A stretch of 64,000 bases of DNA from Candidatus Thorarchaeota archaeon (GTDB taxonomy: Archaea > Asgardarchaeota > Thorarchaeia > Thorarchaeales > Thorarchaeaceae), in the NCBI GenBank assembly GCA_003345595.1, contig PRDI01000049.1, forward strand, positions 29,780 through 93,779, given 5' to 3'. The notes below the pieces were generated by a model. It was not told the origin of the DNA and made no database searches. It saw nothing but the letters and a program-made list of their open reading frames with translations. Made by a program: the position numbers and the translations under genes. Of this stretch, positions 27,561 to 37,436 are shown in pieces. Position 1 is the first letter of the stretch. Each line of letters begins with the position of its first letter.

Positions 27561-28856
27561 GTGACTTTGGAATTGATGATGGAGGTGAACGACCCTGTTC
27601 ACGGTTTCATTGGACTCACGGAGCTTGAAGCCAAGATAGTCGATTCTGAACCCTATCAGAGGTTGAGAAGAATAAAGCAGCTCTCAGGAGGGCATTACGT
27701 CTATCCGACGGGTACACACACCCGATTCGGTCACTGCATCGGTGCAATGTACCTTGCCGGTCTAATGAGTAATAGGCTCTTGGGTCAGCTGGGGCTCGAA
27801 GACTCAATTCAGGAAGTGCGGGTCGCAGCCTTACTTCACGACATAGGCCATGGCCCATTCAGTCATGTGTTCGAGGAGTCGCTGATTGAGAAACGAGGGT
27901 GGAATCATGAGGATGTGACTGAATGGATAATTCGTGAAAGCGAGCTAGGGGATTTGCTTGAAGATGGAGGCCAGTCCAGAGACCGCATAGCGAAGCTCGT
28001 GCGTGGTCAAGGACTTAGGTCGACTGATGCCATACTGGCCGGAATTGTCGCGGGCCAAGTTGATGTTGACAAGATGGACTACTTGGTCCGTGATTCCTTT
28101 TACTGCGGAGTCAACTACGGCCTGGTCGATATCGTCCGACTGATAAACAGTCTTGAGGTTTCGGACCAAGGCACACTACATTTCGACATTGCTGCGCGGG
28201 GTGCTTTGGAGTCGTTTCTAGTGGCAAGATATGAGATGTTTCTGAACGTGTATTACCACAAGACAGTACGCAGCGTCGAGATTATGCTTGTGAAGATGAT
28301 GAATGCAGCTGACAGCGTACTTGGCTTTACTGGCTTCTCCACGCCAGCCGAATTCCTGAAATTGGACGACCCGTTCGTTATCTCAAGTGTGCGTAATCTC
28401 AAGCCCGACTCCGTCGAGTCCCGAGAGGCCATAGCTATGGTCAATCTGCTAGACTCGCGTGTGCTCTACAAGTGTGCGTTTGAAAAGGTCCTTCATACTC
28501 AAGACAGATTCGTTTCCAAGGTCCTTACGAAGCGGAAAGTCAGAGAAACAATCCAAGACGAGATTGCATCGGATGCTGGTGTTCCCTCCGATGAGGTGAT
28601 GGTCGATGTACCGACACTGCCATCAGTGCCCTACGATCCTCATCAGATCAATCCCATGGAGATAGGCATCTTCGAGGTCATTGATGGAAAGAAAGTCCCA
28701 CACAATCTCTCGGACTATTCAAACATAGGACAGATGATGAAGGTGTACTTGGATGTCATTCGAGTATACACACTCGACAAACATCGCACAAAGGTAGGAC
28801 GCGCCGCACGCGGGATATTCCAAGAGGTACCCGAAGCGGCACTGATTCATATGTGA
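27561..28856 (+). CDS. HD-domain phosphohydrolase (SAMHD1/dNTPase-like)
   Basis: DPVHG, QRLRRIKQL, HTRFGH, LLHDIGHGPFSH, DVDKMDYLVRD, VYYHK. Confidence 0.92.
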   Translation: MTLELMMEVNDPVHGFIGLTELEAKIVDSEPYQRLRRIKQLSGGHYVYPTGTHTRFGHCIGAMYLAGLMSNRLLGQLGLEDSIQEVRVAALLHDIGHGPFSHVFEESLIEKRGWNHEDVTEWIIRESELGDLLEDGGQSRDRIAKLVRGQGLRSTDAILAGIVAGQVDVDKMDYLVRDSFYCGVNYGLVDIVRLINSLEVSDQGTLHFDIAARGALESFLVARYEMFLNVYYHKTVRSVEIMLVKMMNAADSVLGFTGFSTPAEFLKLDDPFVISSVRNLKPDSVESREAIAMVNLLDSRVLYKCAFEKVLHTQDRFVSKVLTKRKVRETIQDEIASDAGVPSDEVMVDVPTLPSVPYDPHQINPMEIGIFEVIDGKKVPHNLSDYSNIGQMMKVYLDVIRVYTLDKHRTKVGRAARGIFQEVPEAALIHM

Positions 28857-29161
28857 TATCACGTCTTCAGTTTCCTAGGGTGAAGAGGCACCAAGCATTT
28901 ACCTGTGTACAGTGCTCAGTTGGGACGCGAATCATCTTACACTCTGTCAGCTGGACATATTCTGGTTCAGGAATGTCCGTCCTCCTAGAAGCAGAACTTA
29001 GGCTCTACTGCTTCATGTCAGTCAGGGATCGATTCGGGGACTGAATCGGTCACGAGTCGCTTGGGCCTGTATTCCGGAGAGCATGACACTATCCATTCTG
29101 TAGGCAGTTGTCAGGCACTCTCTTTTGGAGGATGAACCTGAAACCCTGTGCTGTGTGGTGA

Positions 29162-29169
29162 TTATATAG
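29162..29169 (+). promoter_or_regulatory. TATA box of the roadblock-GTPase operon
   Basis: TTATATAG about 30 nt upstream of the start, consistent with a leaderless or short-leader mRNA. Confidence 0.6.
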
Positions 29170-29197
29170 TGTACGTCAGGAATCAACCTTGAACTGA

Positions 29198-30160
29198 TTG
29201 ATGTGGGATCGTACGGTGATCGAAGGCCTCAATGAAACCCTCCAGAACATCAAGGCAATCTCTGGAGTTGAGAATGTTGTTCTCATTCAGAAAGACGGCC
29301 TTCCGGTCGCCAGTGCAGGTGTGTGGTTCAGCAAGGAGGAGGTCTTTGCAGTAGCTTCCTCCTCGTGTGCAATATTTGGGGTTGCCAAACTCATTCACAG
29401 CGGCTTCAATTATCTGCTGATGGAATCAGACACTTCCAAGGTCTTCCTAGCATCATTACCCAACGATCCGGACTACTTTCTCGCAGTCACCACAGCACCC
29501 AGAGTCAATCTTGCAGCACTTTTCATTGAAATGAAGGGCTCTCTGTCACGGGTGTCGTTTCTACTGAAGCAAGAGGCAGAGAAACGTCTTCCACCACTTC
29601 GTTCCTATGATGCCGAGGAAACTCGGCAGGTATTATCCGGGTTCTCGGTTGCAGAGGGTGGTAGTACATCCTATGCTGCCAACCGCTCAATCATATCACT
29701 AGACCGGTCTCAAGCCATGGCGCTTAGGAGCATTCTACGGCAAGTCCACGACAGCGTCAGCGAGATCGAGTCCGTCTTCCTAGCGTTGAGTGGAGGTGTG
29801 CGTGTGTCTCTTGATGGATTCACAAACGACAGAATGGCTGCCATGTCATTTGCCCTGTATGATGCATCAGAAAGGGTCGTGAAGACTCTTCGAAACAGTT
29901 CTCTTGAGAATGTGTTATGTGAAACGGATCGCATTAGACACTTCATCTACGCGGTGCCGAATGGGGTGTTTAGTCTCTGGGTTGATCGGACCAGTCAGAA
30001 GCTGGGGCTGATTAGGCTGCTATTGAAGCACTACATAGACGAAACTCGAAGGGTGCTGGCTTCTGCCTCCATGGTGAAACCCACTGTTCCTGAAGACCTC
30101 AGGGAACTGCTCATGTCCGGCACTTCCGGAGGTCTTGTTCTTGCGAGGCGAAACCAGTGA
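29198..30160 (+). CDS. Tandem roadblock/LC7 (MglB-like) domain protein
   Basis: Domain 1: ISGVENVVLIQKDGLPVAS...VNLAALFIEMK. Domain 2: VSEIESVFLALSGGVRVS...MAAMSFALY...KLGLIRLLL. Confidence 0.85.
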   Translation: MMWDRTVIEGLNETLQNIKAISGVENVVLIQKDGLPVASAGVWFSKEEVFAVASSSCAIFGVAKLIHSGFNYLLMESDTSKVFLASLPNDPDYFLAVTTAPRVNLAALFIEMKGSLSRVSFLLKQEAEKRLPPLRSYDAEETRQVLSGFSVAEGGSTSYAANRSIISLDRSQAMALRSILRQVHDSVSEIESVFLALSGGVRVSLDGFTNDRMAAMSFALYDASERVVKTLRNSSLENVLCETDRIRHFIYAVPNGVFSLWVDRTSQKLGLIRLLLKHYIDETRRVLASASMVKPTVPEDLRELLMSGTSGGLVLARRNQ

Positions 30161-31077
30161 CTTACTCAATCATGCAGATGATAGAGCTGGCGAGCACTGG
30201 CTTTCCATTGCTCTTGAACTCGGTACTGGGTCGAATACCCATCTTGGTGGCGGGGGAGGACACCGAACTAGTGGATGACCTCACGGAGAGTCTGACAATG
30301 CTGTGTCCGCACCGTCACAAGTTTGTCTTCTGGCGTGATTTCACTTCCGAGGCGGAAATCCGGTCAGTATGGGACGAGGAGCGGCATGACTACGAAGTGA
30401 ACCGCACCGTCGTGTGCTGTCTCTCGACTAATCTGACGCTGGCTCTCGATCGGATTACACAGTTCATGGGGTGGATAGTATCAATACCCTTGAGCGCTGA
30501 CGTTCTCGGACTTCACGTGACGGAGGAAACTCTTGTGAAGGCGGCGGCGCACATCCTGCGGACTTCAGGCAACTGTGGCATACTGAGAGTCACATCACCA
30601 TCTGCAATCAGCTTTTCGCTTGTCAAGCCAGGTCTGCCTTGTCTGGACGTCGAGAAGAGAATTGTCAGCAAGATTCTCAGCCGAAAGACACAGTCTCTTG
30701 AGCGGATTCGGCGTCTGCTCAAGAAGTCACTGCGTGATCTGAATGTTTCCGAGCAGATAGCTGATGAAGTCCTGAAGCTTGATGACGACTCCGAGAAACT
30801 GACACATGATATGTTCGAGGAAGAGGTCAACAGCTACGTTCACGCTGCTCGCAGGGCTGTGATGATTCTATCCCGCATAAGACTGGCTCGACAGCTTGGA
30901 GCATCCATCACGCTTACCGACCGGAATCTCTACGAGGCCATCGGGTGGGAAACTGGAGAGATGCCTGAGCTGGTCCGCTTCATCAGAGGAGAGTGGCATG
31001 AAGACTTCTCCGACTGTGTCAAGGGCGGTGCTCTTTCCGGGTTGGGAGCTTGGGTTGACAGCATGTGGGGAACATAG
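30157..31077 (+). CDS. Hypothetical protein, N-terminal region DENN/folliculin-C-like
   Basis: LLNSVLGRIPILVAGEDTELVDDLTESLTMLCP has the helix-strand-helix-Pro pattern of the DENN core. Its start overlaps the upstream stop (GTGA). The ORF is solid; the family is tentative. Confidence 0.55.
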   Translation: MTYSIMQMIELASTGFPLLLNSVLGRIPILVAGEDTELVDDLTESLTMLCPHRHKFVFWRDFTSEAEIRSVWDEERHDYEVNRTVVCCLSTNLTLALDRITQFMGWIVSIPLSADVLGLHVTEETLVKAAAHILRTSGNCGILRVTSPSAISFSLVKPGLPCLDVEKRIVSKILSRKTQSLERIRRLLKKSLRDLNVSEQIADEVLKLDDDSEKLTHDMFEEEVNSYVHAARRAVMILSRIRLARQLGASITLTDRNLYEAIGWETGEMPELVRFIRGEWHEDFSDCVKGGALSGLGAWVDSMWGT

Positions 31078-31093
31078 GAGGGTCGAGAGCAAG

Positions 31094-31675
31094 ATGATAA
31101 TCGACTACGGCAGCCGAACAGTTGGTGTCAAGATTGTGTTCTTTGGCCCTGCAATGAGTGGAAAAACCACCTCGATAAGGTGGTTATTCTCGAAGTTTGA
31201 GTGTGCAGACTGTCTTACATCAATCGAGAACACGGCTGGCAGAACGATGTTTTGTGACTTCGGTACTATTCCATTCTTACTGGGCAATAACTGGACGCTT
31301 AGTGCTCACATTTGGTCTGCAACTGGGCAGGACTTCTATAGGTCGACAAGAGAGGTCGTCCTAGTGGGTGCTGATGGTGTGATATTCGTTGCAGACTCAC
31401 AAGAACACCTCCTGAAGGAGAATCTTGCAAGCTGGAATGAGTTGATGACGATGATGGCTGGCGAAGAACGGCCTCTTCCGGTTGTAGTCTGTCTCAACAA
31501 ACAAGACCTTCTTGGGGCGGTTTCGGAGGATGCAATCAGGTCTTACCTTAGACTCCCCTCGTCAGTCCCAGTCTTCAGAAGCATAGCAAAGGAAGGGTTC
31601 AATATTGTAGAGGCATTCTCCCTTCTGTTCCAAGATGCCATACGCACAAGTATCCTCGCTCCTTCCTTACTGTGA
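31094..31675 (+). CDS. Small GTPase, MglA-like
   Basis: KIVFFGPAMSGKTT, GRTMFCDF, atypical G3 SATGQ, GADGVIFVADSQ, NKQD. GGAGG Shine-Dalgarno (SD) site before ATG 31094. Confidence 0.9.
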   Translation: MIIDYGSRTVGVKIVFFGPAMSGKTTSIRWLFSKFECADCLTSIENTAGRTMFCDFGTIPFLLGNNWTLSAHIWSATGQDFYRSTREVVLVGADGVIFVADSQEHLLKENLASWNELMTMMAGEERPLPVVVCLNKQDLLGAVSEDAIRSYLRLPSSVPVFRSIAKEGFNIVEAFSLLFQDAIRTSILAPSLL

Positions 31676-31795
31676 GAACACAAGCAGTCGGAAACCGTCC
31701 GTGTCAAGCGGATAGCTTTTTACGACCTCGGACAACTGACACAGTATGGGGTTTCCTCCAGACCCAAACCGTCCATCATGTCGAGGGGTTCCGCC

Positions 31796-33472
31796 ATGAA
31801 GTCTGACAATAATAGCACAAGGTTCGTATTTGTAACAGGAGGAGTTCTATCTGGCATCGGAAAGGGTGTGACCACCGCATCGATAGCGAAGATACTACAG
31901 TTTCGAGGGTACAAGATCCAAATCGTGAAGATTGATCCCTACCTCAACATCGACCCCGGAACTCTCAATCCCATTGAACACGGCGAGGTGTTTGTGACTG
32001 ATCAGACGTGGGTGTTTAGACCCGCAAATGATACCGAGTTCAGAATCACCGAGGTTGATCAGGACTTTGGCACCTATGAGCGATTCATAGGGATGAGTGT
32101 CCATCCATCTCAGAACATAACCTCAGGGCAGATTTACCTCTCTGTCATTCTAGAAGAAAGAAAGGGCAGTTTCTTGGGCAAGACAGTACAAATAATCCCT
32201 CACGTCACTGACTGTATCAAGCGGCGAATCTGGGAAGTTGCCAATAGGGAACCAAGACCAGATGTGCTGCTAGTAGAGGTTGGAGGCACAGTCGGTGACA
32301 TTGAGGCCATGCCTTTCTTGGAGGCCGTACGACAGCTATCAAGAGAGGTGGGTCGAGAGAGGGCTGCTCTAGTCCACGTGACCCTTGTGCCATATTTCGC
32401 TGCCGTAGGCGAATTCAAGACAAAACCAACACAGCACAGTGTTCGTGCTCTTCAAGGTCTGGGACTCCAGCCAGACATCATTGTGTGCAGAGCTGAACAG
32501 AATCTTCCCGATTCTGCGCGAAGGAAGATTGCTCTATTCTGCAACGTCCCCGAGGAGAGAGTCATCTCTAATCCCGATATCCCAGTAGTCTATCAGCTGC
32601 CACTGTCGTTTGAGGACCAAGGTCTGGGCGAAACGCTGGTTAGTTTCTTTGGACTCGAGCCCCATGTGCCTGAAACAGACTCATGGCGCGAAACTGTGAA
32701 AGCGCTCGAAATACACTCCGAAACTGTGACTATTGCGATGCCTGGGAAGTATACAATTCTTAGCGACTCGTACAAGAGCATCAACGAGGCTTTAGCCCAT
32801 GCAGGGGCACAATGTAGTGTGAAGGTCAGAATAGAGTGCATTGATACCGAATCAAAATGTGAAGAAGACTGCCTACGTAAGGAGTTCGCTGATATTGATG
32901 GAGTGCTTTTGACTCCAGGTTTTGGATCGCGCGGAGTCGAGGGAATGATTAATGCAGCGGCGGTGACATTCGAAGACGACATTCCGTTCCTCGGCATCTG
33001 CTATGGTGGCCAACTTGGGACAGTGGCCTTCGCTAGGAAGCGAATGGGCTGGCAAGGAGCGAACACTACAGAGGTGGACCCGGACAGTCTCTACCCAGTC
33101 GTCGACCTGATGGACGACCAGAGGACGACAGATGAGAAGGGCGGGACAATGAGGGTCGGCGGGCAAGAGGTCCGGATTGTTGAGGGCAGTCGGCTTCACA
33201 GCATCTATGGACTGACTGAAACAAGAGAGAGATTCAGACACAGGTTTCACCTCATTGAGAGATACGTTCACCGCATGGGAAGTGAGGGGATGGCAATATC
33301 CGCATATGACCCAACGGGGAAGATAATCAACGCAGTCGAGTTGAGGAACCATCCATTCTGGATAGGAGTGCAGTATCATCCCGAGTTCAGGTCTAGGCCG
33401 GATAGTGCACACCCGCTCTATGTTGCCTTTCTGAGGGCCGCCTTAGAACACAAGCACAAGAGGGAAACCTAG
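31796..33472 (+). CDS. pyrG: CTP synthase
   Basis: [43 protein letters not shown]. Confidence 0.97.
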   Translation: MKSDNNSTRFVFVTGGVLSGIGKGVTTASIAKILQFRGYKIQIVKIDPYLNIDPGTLNPIEHGEVFVTDQTWVFRPANDTEFRITEVDQDFGTYERFIGMSVHPSQNITSGQIYLSVILEERKGSFLGKTVQIIPHVTDCIKRRIWEVANREPRPDVLLVEVGGTVGDIEAMPFLEAVRQLSREVGRERAALVHVTLVPYFAAVGEFKTKPTQHSVRALQGLGLQPDIIVCRAEQNLPDSARRKIALFCNVPEERVISNPDIPVVYQLPLSFEDQGLGETLVSFFGLEPHVPETDSWRETVKALEIHSETVTIAMPGKYTILSDSYKSINEALAHAGAQCSVKVRIECIDTESKCEEDCLRKEFADIDGVLLTPGFGSRGVEGMINAAAVTFEDDIPFLGICYGGQLGTVAFARKRMGWQGANTTEVDPDSLYPVVDLMDDQRTTDEKGGTMRVGGQEVRIVEGSRLHSIYGLTETRERFRHRFHLIERYVHRMGSEGMAISAYDPTGKIINAVELRNHPFWIGVQYHPEFRSRPDSAHPLYVAFLRAALEHKHKRET

Positions 33473-34632
33473 TGGAACAGAGCCTCGACAAGATGCTTTC
33501 CACCCTTGTCGAAGAAATCGAGAGAGTCCAGTCAACTCGTGAGCGTTTTGGTGGGGTTCTGAAACGGATAAAGAGCAACATAGACCTTCGACGTTTTCCC
33601 GCAGTGACAACGAATACCGTAGACACTAGCTTTGTAACACGAATACAGCCAACGACCCTATCAGGTCTCAGGATAGTAGGCATCGATGGAGGACTAGTTC
33701 GGAGAAGCTTCAGATCGATGGACTTGGTCCTCACACGTGGTATTGCAGTTGTGTTTCAGTTCGGCCCGAAGGAGGGGCCCTCTGTAGACTTCTTTCCGAG
33801 TCCATTTCCAAGTCCTACAGTGAAACCAATCATGCTCACGCTTTCCGGACCGGAACTGGATCAGTTTGCGTCGTTAGAGAGAATGGCTACCGAACTGAGA
33901 GTGACATTGTCAGTACTCGATGAGTTCCACGCGGATCTGATTCTTGTTGATGGCAGCCTGTTCTACCACCCGCGCGATCGTCCACCCAGCGGGTCTGCCA
34001 CGAATGACAAGTTTCAGGAAGTCTTAGCACTCTACAGGCAGATGTATCGCAAGGTCAACGAGAAAGGAACAACTCTGGTTGGCATTGTCAAGGACAGTCG
34101 TTCAACCCGCGTTGCCACTATATTGGGCGACATCTTACCACATCTCATGAGAGATCCATCAGTCTTCGAAATGATGCAGGGTGTCGACTATCGGTGGTTG
34201 CTCAAAATCTCAAGAGACTGTGACATCTTGGACACCTTCTTGGAGGAGGGCGAGAGGACTTTCGCATTCAAGTACTCCTCGGAACTGCAGCAGAATCTCA
34301 ACTCTTTTCCTGAGGATCTATCACCGTGGGCCTCAAGGATTTGGGTGACATATCTTAAGACCGCACGAGAGGATCTGCCACTGAGGATTGAGGTTCTGGC
34401 AAGAGGAGATGACGACGATGTCAAGTCCCTTGACAAGGCACTATCTGCCATAATGCCACTATCATCGCAACATGATGAATATGGTATTCCGACACCAATA
34501 GTAGAGGCAGATGCCCGGGCGAGGATCAGCAACAATGAATCACAGCTCATTGTAGATCGATTGATGGCGCTCTCTGGTCTGACCTACACAGCACTCGAAA
34601 AGAGGCGGTCTAGGAATCCCTTTGGAGGCTGA
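33472..34632 (+). CDS. nurA: DNA double-strand break repair nuclease NurA
   Basis: GIDGG, LVDGSL, GIVKDS, YGIPTPIVEADARARI; next to herA. Confidence 0.88.
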   Translation: MEQSLDKMLSTLVEEIERVQSTRERFGGVLKRIKSNIDLRRFPAVTTNTVDTSFVTRIQPTTLSGLRIVGIDGGLVRRSFRSMDLVLTRGIAVVFQFGPKEGPSVDFFPSPFPSPTVKPIMLTLSGPELDQFASLERMATELRVTLSVLDEFHADLILVDGSLFYHPRDRPPSGSATNDKFQEVLALYRQMYRKVNEKGTTLVGIVKDSRSTRVATILGDILPHLMRDPSVFEMMQGVDYRWLLKISRDCDILDTFLEEGERTFAFKYSSELQQNLNSFPEDLSPWASRIWVTYLKTAREDLPLRIEVLARGDDDDVKSLDKALSAIMPLSSQHDEYGIPTPIVEADARARISNNESQLIVDRLMALSGLTYTALEKRRSRNPFGG

Positions 34633-34638
34633 GATCTG

Positions 34639-36150
34639 ATGGTATACCCTGAAGACGCCCGACTTGGCACGGTCGTCTGTACAGAGTCCACACCGAATGT
34701 GCTTGAGTTTGCATTCGTGGTTGAGGGGGCTGCAGATGAGATCACAGTGCGACGTGGTGAGTTCGTGTCAGTGATGACAGAGAGTGTCACGGTTATAGCA
34801 AGGGTTCAGGATCTTGTTCGGACTAATCGGTACTATGAGCATGCAGAGGCGGTGAGAGAGTATCAGTCAAGGGGGGAGCCACTTCGATCGATTCTTCCCA
34901 CCGATCGCTGGCAGTATACTATCGCAAATGCGCGCGTATTAGGCTTCTGGGATAAGGGCAGGGTTGTACGTCCCTACTTCTCAGTCCCACCGGGAGCCCC
35001 AGTGAGAAGGACCGAAGAACAGGTCCTTGCTCGGTTCTTGAAGCTGGAAACTGAGAACGGACTCAGACTGGGCAGATTGTCCCATCATGAGCTTGAGTTC
35101 ACACCATCAATCGATCGTTTACTCTCGAAGCACTTAGCTATCCTTGCGATGAGCGGTGCCGGGAAGTCTTACTTCGTATCAGTTCTACTGGAGGAAATTC
35201 TTTCGCGCACCAAAGAACAGGGAAGACTTGCTGTGGTAGTCTTGGACGTACATGGCGAGTATACGTACCTGAAAGACGCTACCGCTGGCCAATTGGGCGT
35301 CTCCGATGGTGAGATTGAGATCGAGCACATCCGTGGTTCACACTTTCAGATACCAGTACCATCGCTGTCTGCTGAAGGATTGAGTACCTTTGTTTCTGAC
35401 ATGAGTGGGATTCAGATACGTGACCTACGGCGAGTAATATCGGAAGCACGGAAGAGGTCAAAGGAGCGCTACACACTCAGTGACCTTGCGGAGCTGGTTC
35501 GGGGCGATGACAGTATCAACAAGAACACCAAAGAAGCCATTGTCAGTTGGCTCATCAACCTAGATGAAACTGGTCTGTTTGGCATAGAAGCTGTACCCGA
35601 TTTGAGCAGCATCATGAGTCCCGGAAAGCTGACTCTAATCGACCTTAGTGACTTCATCAGTCTCAAGAAGAAGCAGATTGTCACATCCTACCTTGCAAGT
35701 GAGCTTCTCTTTCTTAGAAGGCAACAGAGAATACCCCCATTCCTCCTAGTCATAGAAGAGGCACATCAGTTTTGTCCCGAGGGTCGTCATGAACTGGCGA
35801 TTCCAAGGGAGCAAATCGAGACGATTGCTCGAGAAGGACGTAAGTTCTTTGCCCTACTGTGTCTAGTTTCTCAACGGCCTGTAAAGCTGTCAACGACGGT
35901 GCTAAGCCAGTGTAGCAATCAGGCTGTCTTCAGGTGTACGAACCCGTACGATCTTGAACACATCGGAAAGAGCAGTGAGGGAATTGACCGGTCTTCACTA
36001 GACTCCATAACCACACTCGAAGTCGGAGAAGCCCTTTTTGTCGGAGAAGTGGTCACTGTACCAACCTTTGTCAGAATTCGTCGCAGGAAGATTGAGCCTA
36101 CCGGAGTCATTGGAAGTCTTTCTGAAGCCATCAGGAGGACAGACAAGTAG
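34639..36150 (+). CDS. herA: HerA helicase/translocase (HAS barrel + ATPase)
   Basis: KHLAILAMSGAGKS, DVHGEY, IEEAHQF, AREGRKF, SQRP. Confidence 0.9.
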   Translation: MVYPEDARLGTVVCTESTPNVLEFAFVVEGAADEITVRRGEFVSVMTESVTVIARVQDLVRTNRYYEHAEAVREYQSRGEPLRSILPTDRWQYTIANARVLGFWDKGRVVRPYFSVPPGAPVRRTEEQVLARFLKLETENGLRLGRLSHHELEFTPSIDRLLSKHLAILAMSGAGKSYFVSVLLEEILSRTKEQGRLAVVVLDVHGEYTYLKDATAGQLGVSDGEIEIEHIRGSHFQIPVPSLSAEGLSTFVSDMSGIQIRDLRRVISEARKRSKERYTLSDLAELVRGDDSINKNTKEAIVSWLINLDETGLFGIEAVPDLSSIMSPGKLTLIDLSDFISLKKKQIVTSYLASELLFLRRQQRIPPFLLVIEEAHQFCPEGRHELAIPREQIETIAREGRKFFALLCLVSQRPVKLSTTVLSQCSNQAVFRCTNPYDLEHIGKSSEGIDRSSLDSITTLEVGEALFVGEVVTVPTFVRIRRRKIEPTGVIGSLSEAIRRTDK

Positions 36151-36223
36151 TCGCTCGTCAAGCATCTCATAACAACTCTGATAAACGTAAACCGCGCCTT
36201 GCAGTCAGAAGAACACTCGGGGC

Positions 36224-36895
36224 ATGAGCCAGATGTCTGACAAGAACACGGATGAGATAAAACTGCTAATCGACCATATGCAATCCGGCCTTGTCGAGCT
36301 ATTCGACCAGCTACGTGAGCTGCGGCGTAGACTAGGCCTAGCCGCCAATGAAACGACAGCGGATTCACAGACATCAATCGTACGACTCTTTTCAGAAATC
36401 GTTTCTCCATCATCCAGTGCAGGTCGTACTGTAGCGGGGTCTCAAGTGCCATCGAGTGATTCAGTCGAGGCCAGACCCGCACCAGTTGAAACTACTGGTC
36501 GACTGACGTTACCGAGCATCAAAACCGAAGCAGCAACAGGCGAACCCGAAACAGCGGCAAAGCCTGCCGGGACAGGTCAAGGGACTGCACCGGGAGGTTC
36601 CGAACCGAAACCCGGCGGTCGTTCTTCCGAGATCAGTACGACAGTGGCCAGAGTCCTAGATCCCATCGCACATGAGGTGCGCAAAGGAGAGGCCTCAGCT
36701 CAGGTTATTGCTGAGTATCTGCAAGCAGCGAAGGACTATCTGATAACGAAAGAGAAACCAAATGAAAAAGTTGCAACTGACATGGGGGTCGTTGACAAGT
36801 TTCTAAGAGCCAGGGGTGAGAAAGGAATTCGTCCTGAGGAGAGAGATAACATCCTGAGGAGAATTCGTCGCTGGAGCATAATGCTCAGCCGCTGA
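36224..36895 (+). CDS. Hypothetical protein (N-terminal helix, disordered linker, C-terminal helical domain)
   Basis: 223-aa ORF filling the gap, with a P/S/T/A/G-rich middle section. Confidence 0.7.
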   Translation: MSQMSDKNTDEIKLLIDHMQSGLVELFDQLRELRRRLGLAANETTADSQTSIVRLFSEIVSPSSSAGRTVAGSQVPSSDSVEARPAPVETTGRLTLPSIKTEAATGEPETAAKPAGTGQGTAPGGSEPKPGGRSSEISTTVARVLDPIAHEVRKGEASAQVIAEYLQAAKDYLITKEKPNEKVATDMGVVDKFLRARGEKGIRPEERDNILRRIRRWSIMLSR

Positions 36896-37009
36896 GAGAG
36901 TCGCATGTGTTCATCATTGGGACGGTCGCGTCCCACACGCTGTTTCTATCCTATGCTGACGCGTGAGCAGTCTCTGCCCAGCCTCATCTCTGCAGGCCGT
37001 CATCTGCAT

Positions 37010-37300
37010 CTATTCTAGGTCGATGACGATGCGTTTCACCTTGGTCCTCGAGATCTTCTTGAGTCCATGCTGCCCCGGTTCGTAGCGGCATTCCAACAAA
37101 CCAGCTTCGGACAGTATCTTGATTTGGGCACTTGCATTGGCCTCAGTTCCTCCGAGGTGTCTAGCTACCCTAGTTACGTCCTTTTCTCCATCAGAAAGGA
37201 GTCTTAGTATCTTCAGGCGAGTCGCTGATGAGAGGGCACGTCCTACATGCAGGACTGCATCTTCGTCGTTTACTTGTAGTGTTTCTGACAGTTGACACAC
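37010..37300 (-). CDS. ArsR-family HTH transcriptional regulator
   Basis: RALSSATRLKILRLL...ANASAQIKILSEAGLL...PGQHGLKK. TATA at about 37333-37343 places the start at GTG 37300 (or CTG 37291). Confidence 0.85.
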   Translation of the reverse strand: MCQLSETLQVNDEDAVLHVGRALSSATRLKILRLLSDGEKDVTRVARHLGGTEANASAQIKILSEAGLLECRYEPGQHGLKKISRTKVKRIVIDLE

Positions 37301-37436
37301 CTCGCACGGGTTTGGATGTTGCCCAAAGACAGCTTTATTATACTTGCCGTTTGTGGCCGTTCTTAACACAGCCGACAACATGCCGATATCAATCCTTATA
37401 GCCGAACTTGCTGTTTCATTCGCGAGTACTGAGCCT

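Noticed and set aside
28853-29160. 63-aa ORF and a possible SECIS-like ATGA...AAA...TGAT element
   Set aside because: The ORF has no recognisable features; the SECIS stem geometry is wrong and no neighbouring gene has an in-frame TGA at a Cys position.
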